Notes: a model not told the origin generated them from the sequence alone. Positions 27,600 to 41,710 are shown, counted from the first letter of the stretch. The stretch is 64,000 nucleotides of DNA from Eledone cirrhosa (GCA_964016885.1 OZ024747.1:4650001-4714000); one strand, 5' to 3'. Numbers and translations are program-made.

Positions 27600-27781
27600 C
27601 TGGCAATATTATAACAATATGACCCTCCCCAAATATAACTATATATATATATATTTATAAATATAGTTTCCATTTATTTAATATCATTGAATATTATACA
27701 ACAGAAAACTTGCCGAGTGCTCTGAATCAGTTACAAACATTTATATTTGTTGAATTACCAACAAATTGAATATCCCTTCTG

Positions 27782-27785
<4 letters not shown>
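27597..27785 (+). mobile_element. Family E pLTR-like tail fragment in (TA)n
   Basis: 27655-27785 aligns with 43630-43757, which lies downstream of the HHR at 43556. Confidence 0.6.
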
Positions 27786-27867
<82 letters not shown>

Positions 27868-27968
27868 GGAGGTGAGTTTTATTGTAGCACAATAAAGCAA
27901 TGCAAATATCGGATAAGTAGCACTCTACAGTTTGTAGGACTGGAGTATAAATAATATAAGATCAAAAG

Positions 27969-28948
27969 ATGAAAGATAAATACAGTAAAGAAACCAATCC
28001 TAGAAGGTCTTACAGTAAAATAATTAATTATGATCATTCCAATAACTTAAATAAAAGACCTAGATACAAAAATATAATCTGGTATAATGCTCCTTTCTCT
28101 ATTTCTATTAATAATAATATTCCTAAACTATTCTTTAGGGCCTTAGATAAATGCTTCCCTCCCTCACATATCTATAGTAAAATATTTAACAAACATACAA
28201 TAACATTTTCCTATTCCACCTCCTCCAACATCTCTAACATTATCTCTAAACACAACAATAAAATATTAAATATTAAATCACATCCTTCCAACACTGAATG
28301 TCATAATAATAGCAGTAGTACTCCCGACGTCATTGTTAACTCTAGGCTAGCTTCTGCAAACTCAAATACGACGTCAAACGTAACTTCGTTGAATGTTCAT
28401 AATACCAATCTAAATCAGGAAATTATTATTCCTATCGTAAATAACTTCTCCAATCCAATTCCTCCTATAAATAACACTAGGTCACTTGTTAATAACTCTG
28501 CTAATTTCTCTATCGCAATTGTAATTGCCCTGTTAAAACTAAATGTCCTCTCAATAACCATTGTCTTGAAAAAAACTTAGTCTATGAATGTAAGGTTATA
28601 ACTGATACCAATTCCTTTACCTATTTCGGTTCCACTTCCACCTCCTTCAAAGCGAGATTTTATAATCACAATTCGTCTTTTAGATACCAGCTTAAAAGAA
28701 CTAACACGGCACTCTCAGAACTCATATGGTCCTTGAAAGACAAAAATATTAACTATAACATCTCTTGGAGGACAGTTTGTTCTGCCTCTCCCTACTTGAA
28801 TGCCTCCCTATCCAGAACGTGTAATCTTTGTTTATCTGAGAAATTTACCATTATATCTAATTTAAATTCTATAATAAATAGACGCACTGATTTATTTTCT
28901 CTCTGCTTGCATAAATTCCACAGAACATTCCATAAAGTATACAGCTAA
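27969..28948 (+). pseudogene. PLE RT C-terminal/linker plus GIY-YIG endonuclease, one frameshift near 28505
   Basis: KNIIWYNAPFS...LDKCFPPSHIYSKIFNKHTITFSYS...IISKHNNKIL; from 28511 CNCPVKTKCPLNNHCLEKNLVYECKV...YFGSTSTSFKARFYNHNSSF...TALSELIWSLK...CNLCLSEK...INRRTDLFSLCLH. Confidence 0.92.
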
Positions 28949-29057
28949 TATCTAATACTTTACTAGTTTAAAATCCTTTTTCTCAAAGGCTTATATATTT
29001 TAAAAAAATATATACCCATCTTTCTACCTTATTTCAATATTATTTATTATATATTAT

Positions 29058-29240
29058 ATAATTGTTTCTGCTTTAGGCACAAGGCCAGCAATTACCCAGT
29101 GCATTACTGGTACTTTATTTTATCGACGCCGTAAGGATGAAAGGCAAAGTCAACCTCGGCGGGATTTGAACTCAGATCGTAAAGGGACGTAACTATGCTG
29201 GAAAGCATGGCGTCCGACCCTCTACCGATACTGCCAATCC
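29058..29240 (-). mobile_element. tRNA-SINE inserted within the PLE 3' region
   Basis: Close match to 6655-6850 and 52880-53075. Confidence 0.85.
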
Positions 29241-30298
29241 AATAATACAAGTTAATCATTCTATATCATTCCTCTTTATCACTTTCCTTTCTTCCTCTTT
29301 TCTTTTTTCTTTTTTCTTTTTAATTTCTAACCTCTAATCTGTACTTTTTCTTCCTAACTACTTCTCAATTCTTATTATTACTCACCACAACATATCCACT
29401 CTTCCATCTTTCTTCATATCATTGGCCATAAAAATTATTATTATCTTTTAAATACATTATAGTAGTACCTTTAATATTCCTTCGTAAACATAAACATTTT
29501 TTGACGTTAGATTTTTCTTCCTTAAGTTCCTTATCTCTTCCTTTCGTTTGACTTTTACATATTACATATTACAATACATAAAAACAAACTTAAACCCTAA
29601 CTAATTTCCTTTAATATATTATACTATTACCATTAGACAATATTTCGTAAACATATATTTTGATGTTAGATATTTTCTTCCTTAAACATTCTTTTCTTCT
29701 TTGCTGTCTGCGCTCATTTTTAAACAAACTATTTACATATATTACGCACACATATTACATTACATAAAAACAAACTTAAACACGAACTAATCCCTCTAAA
29801 TTCATAACTTATCCACTCTTCTACTTCTTTTCACATTATATCCTTAATAATATTAATATTTTTATTTTAATAATACATATTAACAATCTCTTTTCCTCGC
29901 ACATATTATTAAACCCTTCAATATACAAACCTTAATTTAATTTAATATTATTCTTAACCCCTTTTTCTCTTCATCAACTTTTAATTTCAAATTCTTTTAA
30001 ATTATCTATTATCTTCCAACGGCTTTTTAGCTTCTCTCTGTGAAACAATATATATATTTTTCTCAGTTGCAAAGGCTATCTCTCTCTCTCTCTATCACAT
30101 ATCTCTCCCCCTCTCTCATCCTTCCTTCTTATACTCCTCCCCCACCATTCTTTACTCTCATCTCCTCCTCTTCCTTACCCTTTCCAACCCCCCATCACTT
30201 TTTCCCAATATCACACATCAATCTTAAATTATTTTTCATATGTTGATTTAAAACTTCACTATTCAGAAGTGTTTTTTAACCTTCATATCCTGTATCCC

Positions 30299-30369
30299 TA
30301 TTTTATCTGATGAAAACGCAGATATCATCTCATGATGATATTTGTTTTTGAAATGCGCATAATAAAATA
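30299..30369 (+). ncRNA. Type I hammerhead ribozyme of PLE pLTR
   Basis: UAUUUUAU CUGAUGA AAAC-GCAGAUAUCAUC-ucau-GAUGAUAUUUGU-UUUU GAAA UGCGCA UA AUAAAAUA. Stem I is 8 bp; stem III is the palindrome AUGCGCAU. Confidence 0.85.
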
Positions 30370-30399
30370 CTTGGAACTCTTTTAACCATCTTTTGATCT

Positions 30400-30451
<52 letters not shown>

Positions 30452-31180
30452 GTGGAATCAGCATGTGATGACGAAAAAAAAAAAAAAAGTAAGTCAAAAG
30501 AAAAGTCGAACTACGTCGCTGGAAAATATCATTCAATATTAAGTTCTGTATCAGTTGCCTCCCCTGTCAGTCGTTTGACTTCAACTTTTTCTTCCATTCT
30601 CACGTTACAAACATGAAGTTATGGACCCGATTCGCCAGTCTGAAGAGCAGATCGATAATGGAGTCGGGTCCATGAGACTAGTATTAATAAATTATTAATA
30701 CAACGTTTTCGTATAGTAGTCTCTGCAGTCAACCGATCTGGGACGTTCGAATCCTGCTGACGGTTCGGCCATATTTCGCGTGTATGAAAATTCTTCATTA
30801 AATCTTAAATATACACACAAATTCAAAAATGTACGTATGTATATATATATATATGCACACACACACACATACACACGCACACACACACACACAGACACAC
30901 ATATATATTAGTTCTCTCTTTTTTTCTCCTTTTCCCCGGTTAATATCCAAAGGAAAACAATGTTTCTACTAGAGTTACCTCCCTTCTTGACTAAACTTTT
31001 TTTCATATAAATTCTAATTTTTCCTCTTACTGTCTCATGAGACTATTTTGAATAATCTAGTTCAGCCATTTGTATGCATATTCACCAAACGACATGAATA
31101 ACAACCATAGCTTGTATTCCTGCAGGCTTTCTTAGCTCATCACACCTTTTGTTGCAAATGGACTATCTTGTGTATGAATC

Positions 31181-31236
<56 letters not shown>

Positions 31237-31245
31237 AAACACGTA

Positions 31246-31900
<655 letters not shown>

Positions 31901-32192
31901 ATCTCGTACATAGAAAAATCACTACCTTTACTTTTGGCACATATATTATGTATTGTAATGAAGAAAAAAAAACATCATTTTTTAGGAATAGGCTTATATT
32001 GATTGCAACCAAAGAAACACTACAAATTGTTTAATAAATCTCACGTAATCAAATATTTTAACGACGTAGCCTGGACGACAACCAAACTTTATATATTGTC
32101 TCTCTTTCTATCTCCCACTCCTCCCCTTAACCTCACTCCTTTCACTCTCTAACTTCCACTTTGTATCATCCTCACTCCCCCTTTCTCTCTCC

Positions 32193-32229
<37 letters not shown>

Positions 32230-32345
32230 TACACATATGTATATATATATAATTAAGAAACGAAGCTTGTCGAAAAGAATGGACGCACGTCTATCTATCT
32301 ATCTTTCTATCTTTCTATATGTATACACACACACACACACACACA

Positions 32346-32403
<58 letters not shown>

Positions 32404-32490
32404 GTTCGTTACTTCCTTTTTTAAAACAGGTCTACTAAAATTAGAATACTGATGCTTAATTTAAAAAAAAAATATCACAACAATAACCAG

Positions 32491-32525
<35 letters not shown>

Positions 32526-32890
32526 GACAATATCAGCTTTAGTGACATATATCAACGTCCTTTATATTGACTAACGTATAATTAAAATTGATGATGGGGA
32601 GAAAGTAAAAAAAATCAATAATTTTCCTGTATATGTATAGGTATATGTATATGTATATGTATGTGTATATGTATATGTATAGGTATGTGTATATGTGCAT
32701 GTATAACATATATATTATATGTAATATATGAATAGGTGCCGAAAATAACAGAGATACGTTGCATGTATTTTTATGGAGACATACACACATCAAACATCAA
32801 TTTAAACTGTAATTTGCTACCACACCCTACACACAAAAACACTTACACACACACACACTTACACACACACACACAAACACACACACAAAC

Positions 32891-32983
<93 letters not shown>

Positions 32984-33186
32984 AATATATACGTAGTATA
33001 AAGTAGTACGTTTTCAAATACGAAAACAGATAATTGTATATATATACACACATATATATATATACACACATCCACACACATCCACGCACATCCACACACA
33101 CATACAAATGCACGCACACAGACTCACAAATACATGCAGCAGTATCGAAATCGTGTACATACATACACATGCAGCGACTTAGAAAT

Positions 33187-33218
<32 letters not shown>

Positions 33219-33449
33219 GACCCCCCCCCCCCCCAGTTTCACTGGAACTTGCGTGCTGCCTCCTTTAAGAAATAGTGGAATAGAAATAGAAGTGTTATCT
33301 CCCTTGCACCTTCACACTATCTTTGTAATTCATCTTTCCGAACATCTTGTGTATATTAAGTTGACTGAAGCTTAGTTGCTCCTGGGAATGACATAAACAT
33401 AACAAGTTTATATTCTCTATAAATCTGAGGTGATGTGCCATTATGGAAG

Positions 33450-33640
33450 AGGGTTGGTGCTATCGGTAGAGCTCTGGACAACAGGACTAGTGGCCCTTTA
33501 CATCTCAGTTCAAATACCGCCGAGTTTACATTTGCCATTCATTCTTACGGGGTCGTTAAAATAAAGTACCAGTAACACACTAGGGTCGATTTAATCAACT
33601 TTACTCTCCCCCCAAATTATTCGCCTTGTGCTTAACTTAG
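33450..33640 (+). mobile_element. tRNA-SINE
   Basis: atcggtagagc...agttcaaataccgccgag...ggggtcgttaaaataaagtacc. Confidence 0.75.
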
Positions 33641-33679
33641 AATAGCACTGATTATTATTATACTTAATTTTATATTTGT

Positions 33680-34580
33680 CCTGAATCTTTCACCAGTTGT
33701 GAAGACGTATATTTTACATCTGGTTCAGAGACTTATTAACATCTGTCGTGCTAGAAGGAGAGCAACATTTGACATCTGGCCTGAATCTTTCACCAGTTGT
33801 GAAGACGTATATTTTACATCTGGTCCGGAGACTTATTAACATCTGTCGTGCTAGAAGGAGAGCAACATTTGACATCTGGCCTGAATCTTTCACCAGTTGT
33901 GAAGACGTATATTTTACATCTGGTCCAGAGACTTATTAACATCTGTCGTGCTAGAAGGAGAGCAACATTTGACATCTGGCCTGAATCTTTCACCAGTTGT
34001 GAAGACGTATATTTTACATCTGGTCCGGAGACTTATTAACATCTGTCGTGCTAGAAGGAGAGCAACATTTGACATCTGGCCTGAATCTTTCACCAGTTGT
34101 GAAGACGTATATTTTACATCTGGTCCAGAGACTTATTAACATCTGTCGTGCTAGAAGGAGAGCAACATTTGACATCTGGCCTGAATCTTTCACCAGTTGT
34201 GAAGACGTATATTTTACATCTGGTCCGGAGACTTATTAACATCTGTCGTGCTAGAAGGAGAGCAACATTTGACATCTGGCCTGAATCTTTCACCAGTTGT
34301 GAAGACGTATATTTTACATCTGGTCCGGAGACTTATTAACATCTGTCGTGCTAGAAGGAGAGCAACATTTGACATCTGGCCTGAATCTTTCACCAGTTGT
34401 GAAGACGTATATTTTACATCTGGTCCAGAGACTTATTAACATCTGTCGTGCTAGAAGGAGAGCAACATTTGACATCTGGCCTGAATCTTTCACCAGATGT
34501 GAAGACGTATATTTTACATCTGGTCCAGACCTATTAACATCTGTCGTGTTACAGGTAGGGCAACATTTTACATCTGGTCT
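33680..34580. repeat. 100-bp tandem repeat x~9, nearly identical units
   Basis: ORFs recur every 100 bp; the unit contains three acatctg sub-motifs. Confidence 0.97.
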
Positions 34581-34929
34581 GAGCCTATTATCAACATTAC
34601 ATGTATCTCTGCGTATATGTATGTATAATAGAAATACACTCGGGAATTCAATTATTTATTTATATATAGTTACGTAGGTCGGCGCCCGAACACTGAAGCA
34701 GCTATCAATGAATGAACTTTGTATGGTTATTGATACCCCCCCCCCACACACACATATGTGGTATGGTATGGTTCTGCAACTCCGTAGGAGAGACGTACTG
34801 ACATACAGTGTCTCTTGGATATTATTTTAAAGCCTGGCGGAGCCCATCCCTCTCCAGGCCTGAATACAGCAGATTTCTTCCAGAGAAAGACAGAAAGTGA
34901 GAGAGAGGAATTGAGAAAGAGATATAGAG

Positions 34930-35015
34930 GAAGAATTGACCCCAGTACTTGACTGGTACTTTTCTTATCGACCTGGAAAGGATGAAAGACAAAGTTGACC
35001 TCGGCGGGATTTGAG
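34930..35015 (-). mobile_element. SINE core fragment
   Basis: gaccccagtacttgactggtact...aggatgaaagacaaagttgacctcggcgggatttga; matches 61630-61750(+). Confidence 0.75.
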
Positions 35016-35092
35016 CAGTGCCTAGCCGTTTCCGGATTATACATATCTCTATACCCACAATGCATCTTGCCATGCATTCAGTACTGCCATGT

Positions 35093-35118
35093 TATGTATG
35101 TATGTATGTATGTATGTA

Positions 35119-35149
<31 letters not shown>

Positions 35150-35270
35150 ATGTATGTATGTATGTATGTATGTATGTATGTATGTATGTATGTGTGTGTA
35201 TGTATGTATGTATGTGTGTGTGTATGTGTGCATGTATATATGTATGTATGTATGTATGTGTGTGTATGTA

Positions 35271-35305
<35 letters not shown>

Positions 35306-35338
35306 ATGTATGTATGTATGTATGTATGTGTGTGTGTA

Positions 35339-35371
<33 letters not shown>

Positions 35372-35402
35372 GTGTGTATGTGTGTGTGTATGTATGTATG
35401 TA

Positions 35403-35437
<35 letters not shown>

Positions 35438-35478
35438 ATGTGTGTGTGTATGTGTGTGTGTATGTATGTATGTATGTA

Positions 35479-35511
<33 letters not shown>

Positions 35512-35550
35512 ATGTGTGTGTGTATGTGTGTGTGTATGAGAGTATGTATG
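35093..35550. repeat. (TATG)n/(TG)n compound microsatellite
   Basis: Read directly. Confidence 0.95.
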
Positions 35551-35800
35551 TTTGGAAATCACTAAAACGACAGCCACGGCCTGATGAGGTCCTTCGCTTC
35601 TGTACCAGTAATTGGTGTAGGGTTTGTTATTATGTCGGGAGCGTTTTGAAGGACATGGTGGGGACTACCTTAAGTCTAATGTAGTATTTATCTGGAGAGT
35701 AGGGTTGTGTGTTGTTATATGGATTTCGTTTGTTTGAATTCTGTGGTTTGGTGTTGATTAGTCCACGTTTAAGTTAAAGCAATTAAGGCATTATTATAAA

Positions 35801-35877
<77 letters not shown>

Positions 35878-35937
35878 ATGTATACACACACATATTTATA
35901 TATATATACATAATATCTCTAGTTTTACAGTTATTAT

Positions 35938-35974
<37 letters not shown>

Positions 35975-35993
35975 AAACAGTCTAAATTGTATA

Positions 35994-36026
<33 letters not shown>

Positions 36027-36054
36027 CAATGCACACACACACACACACACACAT

Positions 36055-36119
<65 letters not shown>

Positions 36120-36524
36120 TACCTATATATTTAAGTATGTGACGTGTGTATATGTGTACTTGCCAGCTTGTGTATGTGTGTACACACACACACGGTCTCA
36201 CACCTGCTGACAACTGATAAATAATATATAAACCATTAGAAATAAAGAGCCAACTTTTTGTCAGACAGCACAAGAGGGAATCCTACGTCTATGTGATTGA
36301 TGGCGCTGTAGTAGAAGATTTGCCTGTTTAATTAGCTTTACAACCTCAAGAGACTCACCCAAGTTGAAAGCTATCTCTCAAACTAGATTTTAGTTAGCTA
36401 GTCTGTTTAGCCTTCAACATTTCGGGCTTAGAAAACTTTATTCAGAACTTTCAGTCCGTTTAGAACGTGACAATTAATAGTGGATATGTTCTTCTATCGA
36501 AAATAGGTTATATTAATCAAATGG

Positions 36525-36625
36525 AATAGTACATATACTAGCATAGAATAGTACATATACTAGCATAGAGTAGTACATATACTAGCATAGAGTAGTACAT
36601 ATACTAATATAGAGTAGTACAAATA
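36525..36625. repeat. 22-bp minisatellite x4.5
   Basis: Unit tagtacatatactagcatagaR. Confidence 0.9.
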
Positions 36626-36789
36626 CTCACAGAAGCAGTCTACGTATATTTCACTTCCACATCAATAAAATACCATTTGTGCAGTGAGCTGTAGACTGTC
36701 TGGGATGATATCTTGGTAAGCAAAAGAATGCCATTCCACAGACACACGAAAACAACCCTGTATACTGTAGACCAGTGACTCCCAACGTG

Positions 36790-37115
36790 AGGAGAACACC
36801 CTCGGGGGAACACACCCTCGGGGGAGCACACCCTCGGGGGAACACACCCTGGGGGGAGCACACCCTCGGGGGAGCACACCCTCGGGGGAACACACCCTCG
36901 GGGGAGCACACCCTCGGAGGAACACACCCTCGGGGGAACACACCCTCGGGGGAACACACCCTCGGGGGAGCACACCCTCGGAGGAACACACCCTCGGGGG
37001 AACACACCCTCGGGGGAACACACTCTCGGGGAGCACACTCTCGGGGGAACACACCCTCGGGGGAACACACTCTCGGGGGAACACACCCTCGGGGGAGCAC
37101 ACCCTCGGGGGAACA
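36790..37115. repeat. 17-bp GC-rich minisatellite (cacaccctcgggggaR) x~19
   Basis: Read directly; preceded by hAT-like end cagtgactcccaac at 36773. Confidence 0.93.
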
Positions 37116-37184
37116 ATTTGAAAATAATGTTATTTTTTTTTAAACGAACGACAAGACCCCTGATCTTAACCGTTTATATATATA

Positions 37185-37524
37185 TAAACAATGAGTTATA
37201 TGGTTTGTTGATTATTTAACAAAGTTAAATTTACAACAGATTAGAAGCACTCAACAAAATTTATCTGGAGTATCATTAATATTAAGAATATTAATAAATG
37301 AAAAATATCTTTATAAAATCATATTTATTTTATTATACGTATTTCAAGGGTACTAATATTTAAGTACGCTTTCGTCAGATAAAATATAATATTTGGTGTT
37401 AAGATAGTGACATATCTTCATGTGAACTTAATGGTATAAGTTCATTATAAATATTAGTAACCTTGAAATACGTATAATAAAATAAATATGGTTTTATAAA
37501 GATATTTTCCATTTATTAATATTC

Positions 37525-37533
<9 letters not shown>
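37185..37533 (-). mobile_element. Family E (TA)n-embedded pLTR-like element with HHR and ~85-bp inverted tail
   Basis: 37448-37533 is the reverse complement of ~37277-37362; tail is similar to 43620-43757. Confidence 0.75.
37326..37386 (-). ncRNA. Type I hammerhead ribozyme
   Basis: UAUUUUAU CUGACGA AAG-c-GUACU-uaaauauu-AGUAC-c-CUU GAAA UACGUA UA AUAAAAUA; palindromic stem III. Confidence 0.82.
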
Positions 37534-37579
<46 letters not shown>

Positions 37580-37685
37580 TGTGTGTGTGTGAGAGAGAGA
37601 GAGAGAAAGAGAGTGAGTTTGTATGACTGAGGCAAGGGAGACCACTAATCATAGGAGTACCACTTGGCACCGCGGTCGGGATATA

Positions 37686-37799
<114 letters not shown>

Positions 37800-38123
37800 A
37801 AGTTTAGGCTTAATAAATATATATCGATTATGTTTCTCAATAAAAAAGCTCCACGTGCATTTTAAGTTCAGAATATCAATTAAAGAACAACTTTAAACGA
37901 TATAGAAAAACAAAAATATATTGTCAATTGAGAAACTCCTAGTATTTTGTACATATATGACCTTCGATTTCTAGAAACAGATCATGTTAGGAATTTATAG
38001 GAATTACCATCTTGAAGTAAGTATATCTCACAAAATAATTGTTCTCTATATATATGTACAAAATACTAGTTGTTTATCGATTGGTGACATCGATATATCT
38101 CCTTTTATACATCGTTTAAAAAC

Positions 38124-38171
<48 letters not shown>

Positions 38172-38272
38172 GTATGTGGTTGACAGCTGAAAGTATAAAA
38201 GTACTCAATACCGAAGTGGAATTTCAATATCAATTTTTTAAAGACTAAGCTCACAATTTAGCCTTAATAAAA

Positions 38273-38349
<77 letters not shown>

Positions 38350-38351
<2 letters not shown>

Positions 38352-38536
38352 ATAAACTGTGGTAGGAAGACCGGGGAGACCATAAATCAGGTATGTACTC
38401 GATACTTGGGGTAGTAGAGTGGGTAATATGAAAATATTCATGACCCCGACGGCTGGGCTCCGGCCGTTTCGACAGCTAGTTTGGATCTAGCTGTCAGAAC
38501 AGCCGGAGCTCAGTTGTCGGGGTCCAGAATATGTTC

Positions 38537-38540
<4 letters not shown>
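38350..38540 (-). mobile_element. Diverged family A element with imperfect palindrome
   Basis: gaccccgacggctgggctccggccgtttcgacagctag-tttggat-ctagctgtcagaacagccggagctcagttgtcggggtc; the tail tacccactctactacc is shared with family A. Confidence 0.7.
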
Positions 38541-38601
<61 letters not shown>

Positions 38602-38909
38602 CCTTTTACAATATATTATTACTTTTAAACCCACGTGTATGCTAGTGATGCTGGGCTCCAAACACAGGTGTGCGTGTGGTTTTGTCTTTGTGTCTCTATA
38701 TGTGTGTGTTTTTGTAGGCCGCAGTTTAAATTTACGCTGATCGCACCTAACAATAGGTGTTGTTCTTTTTGTACTGTGAACTAGTGGTTTGACAAAGAGA
38801 GGACGATAAAATAAGTACCGGACTTGTACTGGGGTCGATGTCATCAATTAAAGCTTTCATGGCAGTGCTCCAACCTGGCCAAACTCCCAAAACTGAAAAG
38901 AGTAGACAG

Positions 38910-38994
<85 letters not shown>

Positions 38995-39049
38995 ATATCT
39001 ATCTATGTATCTATCTATGTATCTATCTATATACATATATATATATATA

Positions 39050-39088
<39 letters not shown>

Positions 39089-39107
39089 ATATATATATAC
39101 ACATATA

Positions 39108-39226
39108 TGGACTCCAGAATCAGCCGTCGGGGTCCTACTTGTTCCTATTACCCACTCTACTACCCTAAGTATTGAGTACTTTGGTGCGTTATGATCCATC
39201 TGGTTCCTTACCACATTTCCATCGTT
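39108..39226 (+). mobile_element. Family A tail with stem III hairpin deleted
   Basis: tccagaat-cagccgtcggggtcc: deletion between the two agccgtc repeats; tail nearly identical to 49910-50007. Confidence 0.75.
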
Positions 39227-39251
39227 ATATATCTATCTATATATATATCTA

Positions 39252-39304
<53 letters not shown>

Positions 39305-39768
39305 ATCATCAAATAAATAAATAAATATGTAAAATACGCCATTATCCAAATTATGCCTAATAGAGTTGCCTCCCCTGATAAGCACCTCTCCAACCTCCTC
39401 TTCCCCTTTCCTGTCTATTGAAATTATTCTGCTACTGTGAGACATAAATGTATTTTATAGTCGAATGGACAAGACGAGTGGAAACATATTTGAATATGCA
39501 ATATAACAAACACCACCAGAGGTGCATTTTATTTCTTCGGATTTAATCAGTCCATAGTTTTAACAAATGACTACAATTTTATACACGTGAGGGTTGCCGT
39601 CATAAATTGACGATTAAAAAGAAGACATTTTTGTCTTATTATTCTACCCAAATGCCTGCCATTTATCATATTTTTATAGTTTCTTGGCTTATTGGTCGAT
39701 GCTTCGTTATTGTTTCTATTGATTTTTAGAGATACTGCCAAAAGTTTGCCTTCTAACCTGCTTCCTCT

Positions 39769-39822
<54 letters not shown>

Positions 39823-39924
39823 CTCTCTCTCTTCCTCCCCCTCTCTCTCTTCGAACCCATTCTTCACATTACATTGCTTGGTCGTATTAAATAGATGTCA
39901 CGCCGTCGTTACATCTCTCCAGAC

Positions 39925-40560
39925 ACTACCACCTACACCACTACCACCACTTCCACCAACACCACTAAAATCACTACCACCAACACCCCTACCACCACTA
40001 CCACCCACACCACTACCACCACTACCACCAACACCACTAACATCAGTACCACTAACACCATTAACACCACTACCAGTACCACCACTACCACCACTACCAC
40101 TACCTCCACCACTACCTCTAATACCATTAATATCACTAACACCACCAATACCACCACTGCCACTACTACCACCAGCACCACTACCACCACTGCCACTACC
40201 ACTACCACCAACACCATTACTACCAGCAACATCCCCACCATTACCACCACCACTACTGCCACCACTACCATTACCATTACCGTTACCATCACCACCACCA
40301 ACACCACCACCACCACCACCAACACCACCACCATTACCACCACCACCAGAAACACCACAACCACTACCACCACCATCACCATCACCACCACCACCACCAC
40401 CATCACCACCAGCACCACCACCACTACTGCCACCACTACCATTACCATTACCATCACCACCACCAACACCACCACCACCACCACCACCACCACCACCATT
40501 ACCACCACCGACAGCAACACCACAACCACTACCACCACCATCACCATCACCACCACCACC

Positions 40561-40591
<31 letters not shown>

Positions 40592-40800
40592 CCACCACCA
40601 ACAACAACACCACAACCACTACTACCACCCCCACCATCACCACCACCATCATCACCACCACAAACCAACACCACCACCAACACCACCACGACCACCAACA
40701 ACAACACCACAACCACTACTACCACCACCACCATCACCACCAACACCATCACCCCCCCCCCCCCCCCCATCACCCCCCCCCCCCCCCCCCCCCCCACCAC
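39925..40800. repeat. Degenerate (ACC)n microsatellite with internal ~170-bp duplication
   Basis: Read directly. Confidence 0.95.
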
Positions 40801-40985
40801 CCTATTAGCAGTACAGTCAGTATAGACAATGATCTCTTAAAGGGGCATCGCTCTGTATATATTAACACTGCTAATATTGTTATATAGAAATATGATATTA
40901 CAATATTTCACTAGATGGATTCTGAGCGAAAGGAGCAATTAGAAATATATGTAGTGTTTTAAAATTATATATATATATATACACA

Positions 40986-41057
<72 letters not shown>

Positions 41058-41096
41058 CATATATATATGTATAAAATACATATATATATATATATA

Positions 41097-41462
41097 CAGA
41101 AAAAAAGATGAAATCGAAAATGCAACTGGAGTCTTATTTTTAAAAAAATATATATATTTATTTGGTTCCTTTACCGGTTTCGCAGTTCTTCTGCTGTTCA
41201 AAAGGTGAGTTGAGATGGAGGGTCTGTGGTTTTTCTCACATCACTACCACCACTGAGAAAAACCACAGACCCTCCATCTCAACTCTACTTTTGAAAAGCA
41301 GAAGAACTGCGAAACCGGTAAAGGAACCAAATAAATATACATATATTTAAAAAAAAATAAGACTCCAGTTGCATTTTCGATTTCATCTTTTTTTCTTTAT
41401 ACATTCCCTCGTGTAGGACACCTTGGTTATTTTTCATTTTGTAAAAAAAAACTCACTTTCTA
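41097..41462 (+). mobile_element. Family B element, second copy
   Basis: Inverted arms ~41100-41238 and ~41254-41395; same ends as 14735-15089. Confidence 0.8.
41288..41323 (+). ncRNA. Minimal type I HHR, U3-A8 core variant
   Basis: CUU UUGAAAA GCAG-aagaa-CUGC GAAA CCGG UA AAG. The mirror copy at 41168-41205(-) has core UUGAACA and a 4-bp stem I. Confidence 0.6.
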
Positions 41463-41508
41463 ATATATATATACATATATATATAAAATACATATATATA
41501 TATAAAAT

Positions 41509-41555
<47 letters not shown>

Positions 41556-41651
41556 CAGTCGATCGATTTTCGTCAAATCGGACCGAGGAAACAATGTTTC
41601 CATTGGTCTTTCCAATTGCTAATACTATCTATCGGTCGCAACTCCAGGTAG

Positions 41652-41710
<59 letters not shown>

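Larger units (their letters stand above)
27865..30405 (+). mobile_element. 5'-truncated Penelope-like element (Neptune-type) in (TA)n, with inverted 3' tail at its left end (family C)
   Basis: GIY-YIG ORF remnant, long AT-rich 3' region, HHR near the end. 27953-27971 is the reverse complement of 30387-30405. Both ends are shared with 60951-61259. Confidence 0.9.

Noticed and set aside
30715-30775. tRNA gene
   Set aside because: Only a B-box/T-arm-like part; no complete cloverleaf. Probably a SINE head.
33680-34580. CRISPR-like or repeated 63-aa ORF array
   Set aside because: Units are identical with no variable spacers and no cas genes; eukaryotic tandem repeat. The same applies to the 34-, 42-, 64- and 73-bp arrays.
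35575-35660. CTGATGAGGTCC hammerhead-like start
   Set aside because: No correctly placed GAAA/stem III/NUH downstream.
39692-40887. Proline-rich/extensin- or mucin-like ORFs (also 3546-4289 and 53432-54013)
   Set aside because: Translations of (ACC)n/(GGT)n microsatellites that are open in most frames.
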